Assembly: GCA_051294375.1 (NCBI GenBank)
Contig: JBJCIZ010000239.1
Span: 6,095,074 to 6,159,073 of the forward strand
From: Paraspadella gotoi
Lineage: Eukaryota; Animalia; Chaetognatha
Direction: 5' to 3'
DNA length: 64,000 nt
Positions 53,521 through 64,000 of the stretch are shown here, piece by piece; position 1 is the first letter of the stretch, and each line of letters opens with the position of its first letter. The translations under genes and the position numbers were made by a program. The notes under the pieces are model-generated. The model made no database searches and was not told the DNA's origin. It saw only the letters and a list, made by a program, of their open reading frames with translations.

Positions 53521-55589
53521 AGATAAAGAGACAAAGAGACAGTAAGACGGGTACAGGAAGAGGAAGAGAGAGAAAATAAGAGAGAGAGACAGAATTAGAG
53601 ATGGAGAGATTGAGAGAGAGAGAGAGAGAGACAGAGTGAGAGAGAGAATTAGAGATGGAGTGAGTGAGTGAGAGAGAGTGAGAGAGAGAGAATTAGAGAT
53701 GGAGAGATTGAGAGAGAGAGAAGTCGTTTCTCTGGTTGAATAAATCACAAAAAAAAGAAAACAAAACCAAACCTAAATTAACGAGAAACTACCGAAATAA
53801 GAAAACTTATTTAATCTCGCATCCATCCGTAAATCATGTAAACACAGAACCAACTGCCTCCCCGCCCCCTCACCCCCACCCGCCGCAAACCTATGATGAC
53901 TGAAACGGCGACGTCGCTCGACAATACGACGCCATCTTCGCTCGCCTCGTCGGCGTCGGCGTCAAAATTCGATCCGCCGTCGTCGCCTCAATCACGTGAA
54001 CCGAGACGACGCCGCCGATGGCGCCCGCGACGCCGGCGAACAAAAGGGCAGCGATGACCGGCTTTTTTTGGGGGGGGGGTAAATTTTGTTATTCATTTTT
54101 TATCTTAATCGCGTGAATGTATGAATTATCTCTATTCGCGAGTGTTCTAATTTTCTCCGAATTTTATGAATTTATATTCATAAATTTATTCAGTTGATGC
54201 GCTGATGAAGACTCGCGAATCGAGAGTCATGAAATAAAAATCGTTGTTTGTTAACGTCAGGAAAATCTATACGGCGACAAAATCATGAGGGTAAAAAAAG
54301 GGGAGAAACTAGTAGGAGAAGAGAGAGAAGGTGAACTGAACCTCGTGAACGCGGCCCCGAATCACTGGGAGGAGGCTGAAGAGAAGGTGAATGAGAAGGA
54401 GAGGGGTAAAAGACCCGCGTCGGTCTATCTCCTTTTATACTGGTTGGTTCAATTGATAACTAAAGGATTTAATTATCATAATTAAACGATTATACTTTTA
54501 AATATTCTCCTGATTCCAGCTTACCATACTTTCACAACCCTCCCTTACCCCCACAAGGAACCAGCCCTATTCCGCAACCCCCCTTACCCCCACAAACCAG
54601 CCCTCCTCCGCAACCCCCCTTACCCCACAAAAACCACCCCTATTCCGAAACCCCCCCTTACCCACAAACCACCCTATTCCACAACCCCCCCTTTCCCCAC
54701 AAACCACCCTCTTCCAAAACCCCCCTTAACCCCACAAACCCAGCCCTCTTCCGCAACCCCACTTACCCCCACAAACCAGCCCTCTTCCGCAACCCCCTCT
54801 CTCTCGCCTTCGAAATCCCTCGACAGATGAATGAAGGCGACGCCGACGAAATATGAAGCGACAGAATTGTTGCATTTGGCGACGGAAGCTTTGGCGGCGT
54901 CTCTCTCTCCCCAGGTGAGGAGGAAGATGCTCAAACACCACCCTGTGTTTGGAGGATGTGGAGGTGGGTGTTAGGGTTGAAGAGGGAGTTGGGATGTTGA
55001 AGAGGGAGTGGAGGTGTTAAGGTGAGAGTCGGAATGTTGACGAGGGTGTTGGGGAGTTGGGGTGTTTCAATAAAACGAGATTCGAACATTTTTCATGAAT
55101 TATAAGTTGAAAAGCTCTAATTTTTGGTCGGATCACGGCGAATAGCTAATAGCTCTATAAAACAATTTATTTAAAATTCATATCATAATGACAAGAAGGT
55201 TACTTTTTAGAAAGTGACAAACAAAAGAAAATCGTGAGTTTTAACGGATTTTAAAACTCGAGCGACCGTCGTCGTCGTCGTCGTCGTTATGGTCGTCGGC
55301 GATTAATTTATTTATAAATAAATACTAATAAAGTATATTTTTAAGTAATTATGTCTTAGTTTACTCAATAATGAAACAAAGTTTAATAATCGAAAATGAT
55401 ATTTTTTTTATTCTGAAAGGAAAAACATAATTTTTTATGCAAAACAATATCGGTTTTACTTATGTACGATTTTTTGTATTATAAAAATATATACACTATA
55501 ATTACTTACCAATTCTACTCACCCAAGATGGGAGTTCTCGCTGCGAATTCTTCGATGGCGACAAAAGTTTTTTGGAGGCTGGCGGCCAT
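53019..55589 (-). pseudogene. Multipass membrane protein gene with two apparent frameshifts (pseudogene or assembly error)
   Basis: Exon-like blocks 55589-55523, 54942-54808 (GC donor), 54375-54342, 54061-53891, 53185-53019 encode hydrophobic segments (GWCLSIFLLTW, PVIAALLFAGVAGAIGGVVSV, VAVSVIIGITAGLAVEV). Exons 2 and 4 are each one base short of the needed phase. Confidence 0.45.
54533..54798. repeat. C-rich minisatellite (~30 bp)
   Basis: Repeated ccgcaacccccttacccccacaaaccagccc. Confidence 0.85.
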
Positions 55590-55992
55590 TTTGAATTTTT
55601 TTTGAGAAGATTCTCTTTATTTTGCGTCAAGGTTTTATTAATTTTATTTATTTATATTTATGTCAAAGAATTGCAAAATTTTTTTGTAATGTCTTTTTTT
55701 TAATTAAGGAATGTCGTCCCCATGGTTAGTGAATATTTGATTAGTTTCTTTGAGCGGTTGACATTATTAAACAATATTTTTGTCAGACTTTTGTCACAAA
55801 AACCTTTGTTAAACTTGAAGTAACATTCCGTCGACTGATCAATTTTAAACAATTTCGTTGAGGAAGAAGTTCGCTGAAGTAAATTGTTCAGAAATATTGC
55901 TAGATTTCAACAATAACAGTCGATCGACAAAATTTAAACTAGTTTTCAACAAAAGTCGTGAGTTGGCTAAATCCAGAGTCGATCGTGGCTCG

Positions 55993-56077
<85 letters not shown>

Positions 56078-56263
56078 CTCTCTCCACACAAACAAGCACA
56101 CACGAAATTCTTATCATTCCTCTTCCTCTCTAAAAATCTTTCACTCCCCCTCGCTACGTTTTTATTTCACTTCCTCCTCTTCTTCTTCCTCCTCCTCTTC
56201 CTCCTTCCTCCTCCTCATGTTTCCTCGGGACGTCTCCTTCGTCCAAATTCTGCCCTTTTTTTT

Positions 56264-56314
56264 CACTTCCGGTTTCCGGTTCCAGTCAGGATTCCAGTAG
56301 CGTGATCACGTGAC
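56264..56314. promoter_or_regulatory. Candidate bidirectional promoter motifs
   Basis: ETS-like CACTTCCGG/TTCCGG and E-box TCACGTGAC in the interval between two head-to-head genes (ATGs at 55589 minus and 57506 plus). Confidence 0.3.
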
Positions 56315-56336
56315 GGGGGACAATGAAAAACCTTAG

Positions 56337-56937
56337 GTAGAGCCAAACTTTGTGGGGTGGGTCAGAAGTTTGATTTGGGAACCTTCCCAAATAAAACTTC
56401 ATACATTTCTGAGAAAACTTTCAATGGACCAAAATTTTTTAAAATGGCTAGAAGCACTAGTAATTATTTTTTTAATATTTATTTATAGATAGGAAATGTC
56501 AAAAAAATTTTTTTTTAATTTTGGGTTTTCAAAAGCAGATTCCGATAGCTTATAAAAAGTTGTCTACACAAAGTATAATTCTTTTCAATATTTTGATGAT
56601 AAGTGAGTCAAAATTGGGAAAAACTTGTAAAAATTATCATCATCATTATCATCCGATGATTTTAATAGTTTTTGCTCATTTTTAGTAATAAAACATTAAA
56701 ATGTTAAAAAAGTTGTAATTACATTTTGCCTAACTTTTTGAACTCTATCAGAATCAATCAAAAAACTTAAAATATCCCAAAAAATTTGTTTACATTATAT
56801 AGCAAAATAATAATTTTAATTAGCAAATTACTTATGGTTCAAAACATTTTGCAAAAAAATATTTTAATACAATAACTAATACCAATAATGAATTCGTTTA
56901 ATACTGTTGCTATTAAAATTTGAATCTGTTCGGCTAC
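56337..56937 (+). mobile_element. ~600-bp interspersed MITE-like repeat
   Basis: Highly similar to 5991-6456 (plus) and ~46200-46770 (minus); short inverted termini GTAGAGCC / GGCTAC. Confidence 0.7.
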
Positions 56938-57505
56938 CGCTACCTTAGGTTAAGATTTTTGAAATTTTTTTCAAAAACAAAAAATATTTCAACAACCATA
57001 ATAATGCTATTGTAAAGTCCTTTACTTAACTTTACACTATTTAATTTTTTTTTTCATAAATTATTAAAATAACACTCTAATAAATAAACAAAAAAAACCC
57101 CGAGGCAGACAAGCAGACAGACAGACGGATGAAAGGATCGACCGCTTAATTCTTTTTAGCTTAAAACTAACGTAAAACTGTGGCGGACGTTTTCGGTCGC
57201 TTAATTTGGTAACTAGTTTTTCCAGTCTTAACAAATGAGCATTGAGCAACCAACTATAGGCGAGTTACGAGCATTTTTAAAGTAAGTGGGACAGATCGAC
57301 GGACAGACATACCGACCAACCTACCGACAGACCGACCGAAAAGTGACTTATAGAGTTGCGCTGCGATTACTCGCGGCTTAACCTTAAAAAAATTTTGATA
57401 TAAAGTTTTCAAATTTAAAAATCACCGATACCTCCTCTTAAGATTTAAGTTTAAGCCTCCGCCATTTTTTTTTATATTTAATTTATCTCGAAAAGGATCG
57501 ACCCA

Positions 57506-59342
57506 ATGTGCCTCCTCATATGCGACCAATACTACGGCATTTTCGGTCGCGTCATCATCATCACCAACGTCGTCATCTTCTTGGTGGGCGTGGCTCTACT
57601 CGTCGCTTCCGGCGTCGCCTTCACGACGGATTTCAAGTCGATCCTCACGAAATCTTACGCGCAGAGAATTCCGCCGATAGAGGTGCGCGCGGAGGGGCGG
57701 GGTTAACAGTGGTAGGCCACTGGCCTTGTTTTAAGTCGGTTTTTATTATTATTAGGCGTATATGTAGTCTGGCATTGCATAAGTTCACCCCGTCTATAAC
57801 CTTCAGTCGTGACCCAATGGCTCATTGAGAAAAAGCCATCAGTTCATGACAACGAGGTACCGAGTTTAATCCCAACCTGGTACCTACCCTGTGGCAAACG
57901 TGCGGATGGCCGTAAACCGTTTTGGGGGCGTGGAAAACCATCGAGCCTGGTTCCAAGCCCAGAACCCCTTCCATGGGGTTAAAGAAGTTGCGGATAGCGC
58001 TCTTCAGACCACTTAACGCCTTATCCACATATAAATTCTTATAAGATAATATAATGATAAATTATTTAAAAAAAATTTTCACGTACCAATTTAGTTCCCT
58101 GTGTCTAATACATGCTGAATGTTGTTAGTTGTAATAGAACAAATTGCTTATCCTATAAGTACAACCAATAAAAATAAATTTAGTAAAGTTAGTTTAATAA
58201 ACTAATTATCTCGCCTCCATTCCTATTAAAAGATATCTAATAACTAAAATAAGTAGCTAAACAAGTGATGACCCAAATCAAGGATCAAACTCTGAGAACA
58301 TTAATCGTTTCTTATTATTATCTTTCTCGTCTCACGTTCAGGACTTGGGAACCAACAAGAATGTGACGGAGACGGTCACTCGGGGACGAAAATACGCGGG
58401 GGATAAACTGGACGAGCTGTTGGAGAATGTAAACTCGGGGCGGGGAAAAAATGGAGAGGGGAATAACTGGAGCGGGTATTCACTGGAGAGGGGAATAATT
58501 GGAGTGGTGATTCACTAGGGTGGAGAATAATCGGAGTGGGGATTCACTGGGGTGGGAAATAACTGGAGCGGGTAATAAATGGATTATGGAGCAAGGAACA
58601 ACTGGAGCGGGTAATAAATGAATTATGGAGCAAGGAATAACTGAAGTGGGTAATAAATGGATTATGGAGCAAGGAATAACTGGAGCGGGTAATAAATGAA
58701 TTATGGAGCAAGGAATAACTGGAGTGGGTAATAAATGAATTATGGAGCAGGGAAATAACGGGGAGGGAAAAAAATTAGGGTAGGGAATAACTGAGACTTA
58801 AAAGATCCGGATTCCAAAGTTAGTTATGATTAAAATTGAATTATTTATGTTTAAATTTTAACTTTACTTCCTTAGGTCCGATACATCCTGTTGGTAATAA
58901 TGATAACCGCGGTCTTCATCATGGTGAAAGGTGAGAAGATGAATCGTTAACTGGCCGGGGGTGAATGGTGAAATGGCAAATGATGAGGTGGCGAAAGAAA
59001 AGAGGGTGAAAGGTGAGATGGTAAATGGCCACTACAGAAAGAAAACATATGTGAAAAGAAATAGTGAGCCATCTATGTAGATGGGTTAACTTCGCAGATG
59101 TTTGCTTCTTGTTTCACCTGCGATACTATTCCCGCTCGAGCCTTCTTTAAAATAATTCACCGCATTTACCGTATCATTTTCAGCAATTTTCGGCATCGCT
59201 ACCTTCATCGCTCGCAGCGACGACAACAAATACCTGAAGGCATATCTCATCCTTCTAATAATCAGCATCTTTCCCACGGTCGTTCTCTTGTTCATCGCCT
59301 TCTCAGAGGAATTCGTCAAGAGTTGAGTTTCGAAACCAATCG

Positions 59343-59383
<41 letters not shown>

Positions 59384-60351
59384 CCAATCAACCAATCAAG
59401 CAAGCAATGGTCGATGGCCATTGATCAGTCGAAAGACGATTGGATGTCGAGTATTTTAGAAATATCTTGAAAATGAAAATAAATTTAGTAATTTATCATT
59501 TCGATATTTTCAATATTTGAACAAATCTAAATATAAATCGAACGGAATCTCTTCCACCGCTTCCTCCCTTTTCAGCCCAGTTCTACCAACTCCTCGACCC
59601 CGTGGCAAGAAACTCTCAGGCAGCGTCCCGGTTCCTCATGGCGGCTCTGCAGGTCACCCTCGATTGCTGCGGCGTCCGCGGAGCCAAGGATTACTTCTGC
59701 AACGGCGTCTACGATTTTATGTGCAATCCAGGCTGCGGCGGAGTGAACGAAGTCACGTGGGAGGCGATGAAGAAGGAAATGAGGAAAGGGAGTGGGGTGG
59801 CGCAGGCGGTGTGCTCGCAGAGTGAGAAGGGGAAGGAGAGAGGGGGCTTGGGGGGAGAGAGAGGGAGAAAGGGAGGGAGAGGAAAAGGTGGAGGAGGAGA
59901 AGGAGAAAGGGAAAAAAGAGGAGATATCGAAAAATATCAATAAATCAATAAATAAATAAATAAATAAATAAATAAATCAATCGATCAAATCAACCAATAA
60001 ATACTTCTATCGATCGATCAATCAGGCGCTCCGATGTTGTCTCTCTGCAAATACGTCGTCAATAAGATTTACACCGAAGATTTAGAAGGTCAATTCGTCT
60101 AGCGACGCTTAATGGCGTCTTCTCTCTAGGCCTTTTTTTCCAAAAGCGTCCCGTTTCATCAAGAATTAAGATTAACCGGTTAAGGAATAGGATAATTATA
60201 ACTGATTAGGGTTAGGGATTAGGTTAGTGATTAGGGTTAAGTTAAGTTTGGAATTTAAAGGTTAAGGTTAGGGAATAGGAAAGAGAAAAAAAAAAAGAAT
60301 TAGGCTTTAGGATTTAAAACATTGGGTTAAGGTTAGGAATTTGGGTAAGGG

Positions 60352-60393
<42 letters not shown>

Positions 60394-63293
60394 CTAATAA
60401 TATTAGGTTACTAGTTTTCTCACAGAGTTTTGAGTAGGGTTAAATATTACAAGTAGAATTAAGTTTAGCCATTGCAAAAGATATCCCATTAGCCCTTCTT
60501 TATTATTATTCTTTATTAACCTGTACAAACTCTTTGATTTACTCGGGAGTTTTTCTAAACCCCCAAAATTTATCGTCTAACAACCCTTAAAAAGCCTGCA
60601 GCCAATACGAACACAACAAATGCGCGGGAGAGACGAGGCGGTTCTGTGCAATGCAGCAGGCGTGTGTGGGGCAGCGGCCGCCGCGTCGGGGCTGCGAGGT
60701 CTGCGACCTTTGCGAGAGACTCCAACGGGTCGCCGAGGACCGCTGCTGGAAGACGGACTGGAGGACCTTGGATGTGAAGAATCGTGAGGCTGTCAAGAGG
60801 ACGACATACACGGTGGCTTTTTTTTTATTGGTTGTGTAATGATTAATTTAATTGATGTTTAAAATATTTTTGTATAAATATCTAAAATTTTTTGACTGCT
60901 GATTGATTGATTCATTGACTTATTGATTGATAAATTGTTTGGATGAATGTTTAATAGATTGATTATTTTGATGATTTATTTATTCATTTATTGGTTGATT
61001 GATTCATTGACCGATTGATTGATAAATTGTTTTGATGAATGTTTAATAGATTGATTATTTGGATGATTTATCGATTCATTAAATAATTGATTGATTGATT
61101 GCTCGATTAGTTGATACATTATTATTAATTGATGATCAATAGTTTTGATGATTGATCCATAGATTATTAATGATTATTATTATTATTATTATTCGAGCCC
61201 CACTGTGGGACTCTGGGTCAAGCTGGGTCTCACGTCTATCAAAAACTGAAAAAGAATGGGAGGAGAATAAATGTATTTAGTAACTGAGGTCTATACTTAT
61301 ATCGAAAATGTTTATAAAAGGTCCAAAAAAAGGGGAGAGAGAAAGAGTCTGAGAGAGAGGAGAAGATGGACTGAACCTAAACTTGAACGTGAAGGAGACT
61401 AACAAAAAAAAAAAAGATCAAAACGAAAACGAAATGAACTAAAACAAAAAAAAATAAAAACAAAAAGCCAAAACAAAACAAACCCTAATATAATTTTTTT
61501 ATAGGTGATGGAATTGACTAAAAATCCCGGGATCGTGATGCAATTAAAGGATAGGGCCTACGAGACGGGATGCGCAATGAAACCGGAGCCAATCAACGCC
61601 GAAGGTTCGAGTGTGGAATGGAACGATTAAAATTTGGCATTTTTTTCCGAGAGAAGCCCACAATTTCGAGTTTTTAATTCTTAAATTTAATTTTAACCCT
61701 CATACGAAGGTTTGTATATTTGATAAGGCTCTATCAATGCTTTCAGGGGGAAAAGAGGTAAGTATAGTAAGAATTTACAATAGTAATTAGGATATATATA
61801 GATCCAATCCGTGATTTGGGGATGAGGTGGAAGGGATGAGAAGAGGAGGAGGAGGAGGAGAAGGGGATATTTAAAAGGGGAAGAAGAGACTGGAGGAAGA
61901 TAAAGGCTCTGGCGGTAGTAGGAGCCTCTATCCCTATCCCAAACCTAATCCATTACCATAATATCTTACTTTATTTTCTAACCTCAAACCCTAACCCTAA
62001 TACTCATTCCTTACCATTTTTATAACCAAATATTTAACGCAACCCCTAATCCCTAATCAGAATTATCAAATTTAATTTCGAATTTAAGTTAAAATGGGGC
62101 GCTTTTGGAAAAGAGAGCCAAAAGTTATTCAAAAATTAAACTATTAATCAGTTAATTACGTTGATTAATGAATTAGGTCACGACGTTTGCAAAGATTTCA
62201 AACTGGGAATTACTTACGAAGACTCGAGTATTCGATCCGCTGATACTCGGTGAGGATGACGACGACGACGACGAAGAAGACGACGAAGACGACGATGTCG
62301 ACAGCGATGACGATGACGATGACAAAGAAGATAACTAAGACGATGAAGAGGATGACAAAGACGATGATTTCGGCAATGAAGAAGATGGTGAAGACAATGA
62401 CGACAGTGACAACGACGAATAAGACGACAAAGACGACGATGTCGACAACGAAGACGATGACAATGACAAAAAAGACAACTAAGGCGATGAAGAGGATGAC
62501 AAATATGACGATTTCGGCAATGAAGAAGATGGTGAAGACAATGACGACGGTGACGACAACGAATAAGACAACGAAGACAACGATGTTGACAACGAAGACG
62601 ATGACGATGACAAAGAAGAAAACTAAGACTACAAAGAGGATGACAAAGACGACGATTTCAGCAATGACGACAGTGACGACGATGAATAAGACGACGAAGA
62701 CGACGATGTCGACGACGAAGATGATGACTATGACCAAGAAGACAACTAAGACGACGAAGAGGATGACAAAGACGACGATTTTGGCAACGAAGACGATGGT
62801 GAAGACGACAACGACAATGACAACAATAAATAAGACAATGACGACGACGAATACGACAATGTTGACAACGAAGACGTTGATAAGAATGATGACGACAGTG
62901 ACGATGAATAAAACGAAGACAATGACAAAGACGACGATGACGACGACGACGACGACGAAAACCATTTCAACGCGAAAGCGAAAACGACGATTATGAAGGC
63001 GACTCTTTGAATCACCTCAGTTTCTCTTTCTGTCTTCTAGATCCTCCTAAACCTCGTCTCTATTCACAAAAACTCGATACCTCCATTTCACTGAGCGCAT
63101 CTTTTCTCCCCCGAATCGCTGTGCAGATTTCGCTCGGTGGAGTCAAGCCCGCCGCCCGTGGGTTCGCCTTTTAGAGCGACCAACGACTCGGCTTATTTAG
63201 GTCGCTTTTTATCTTTTCGTGTCTGTCCTTTTGTCAGTCGGGTTTTTTTTTATTCTGTTCGATTTAGTCATTTTTTGTTAATCTATCTGTTGG

Positions 63294-63324
<31 letters not shown>

Positions 63325-64000
63325 CTCGTCTCTCTCTCTCTCTCTCTCTCTCTCGTTCGTTTTCGTTTTTCAATATGAATTTCAATGTCTCTCTCCTAAA
63401 TTCCCCCGCCCACCGTCAGGCATCACCCTCGCGCCTGGTTGTGGCGACCGGATCTGGCAGGCACGCCAAATGCCTGTAAAATTGATGGCGGGAAAGGTTC
63501 TTCTAATCGTCGCTCTCGTTCTCATCTGTAAGATTTGCAGATATTTACAGATGTTCTCAACCCTTTGTTTACGAGACAATTTGAAATTATATTAAAGAGA
63601 GTACTTAAAAAAATTTTTTATCGGTACAACCAAAATATAAATTATCCATAAAATTAATAAATAGGCTATCTTGCCCCTCAGGTTATGACCTCCATCCTTA
63701 TAACGAGATAAATAACATAGAATTTCTCGATCAAGTATCTCTCAGTCTTGTTTTCCAGAATACCTGGCTTCCCTAACAACGAAGTGGTATAATGCTGTGT
63801 ATAATCTTGTAAGAGACCTGGAGGCCTTTACCCATAACAGCCCGTTCAATGTCAGGGGCAAGATAACTTGTATACATAAACGTTTTTTATCGGTTTCCCG
63901 ATTTCATTTCCAATAGTATCCGTTGTACACATAACTCTTACTAATCTTTGATTCCTTAAAAACGTCAATGTGCAATTTTCAGGCGCTCAAATCGTTTGCA
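57506..64000 (+). CDS. Divergent tetraspanin with greatly expanded Cys-rich EC2 loop (continues beyond window)
   Basis: Exons 57506-57682, 58342-58428, 58876-58930, 59184-59321, 59576-59821 (LQVTLDCCGVRGAKDY), 60026-60088, 60595-60812, 61505-61604, 62177-62249, 63127-63200, 63420-63527 (PGCGDRI then TM4), 63983 onward. Three TMs precede the CCG motif and a GC motif precedes TM4; phases join. Confidence 0.8.
58460..58760. repeat. ~39-bp minisatellite in tetraspanin intron
   Basis: Repeated aactggagcgggtaataaatgaattatggagcaaggaat. Confidence 0.9.
62250..62960. repeat. GAC/GAT-rich higher-order tandem repeat (~110-120 bp unit) in tetraspanin intron
   Basis: Recurring gacgatttcggcaatgaagaagatggtgaagacaatgacgac blocks; starts at the GTGAGG donor at 62250. 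Confidence 0.85.

Noticed and set aside
62210-63015. 248-251 aa Thr/Lys-rich and Val-rich ORFs
   Set aside because: They are by-products of a GAC/GAT tandem repeat within a tetraspanin intron; the Asp-rich frame contains stops.

Overview
AT-rich, intron-containing eukaryotic DNA with N-gaps, most consistent with an invertebrate animal draft assembly. It has GT-AG introns, (AG)n microsatellites and many MITEs; there are no prokaryotic operons or CRISPR arrays. The main discovery is at 1.7-29.2 kb: a tandem array of five same-strand, three-exon paralogs (four intact, one pseudogene). They encode ~175-190 aa proteins with a signal peptide, two copies of an 8-cysteine module I do not recognise (C-x5-C-x14-17-CC-x11-14-C-x3-C-x2-C-x6-C) and a GPI-like hydrophobic tail. 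Both introns are phase 1 and fall at the same position in each module. The array lies upstream of the 3' half of a polypeptide GalNAc-transferase gene (30.2-43.7 kb) whose 5' exons I could not find, so the array may be nested in a GALNT intron. Further downstream are a signal-anchored SAM-methyltransferase with a frameshift, a frameshifted multipass membrane gene, and a tetraspanin with a ~280-aa, ~18-Cys large loop. Repeats include many Penelope-type minimal hammerhead ribozyme motifs (often in inverted pairs), a complete TRIM with solo LTRs, and Chapaev-, hAT-, Kolobok- and Helentron-like non-autonomous elements. All gene models were spliced by eye and need RNA confirmation.
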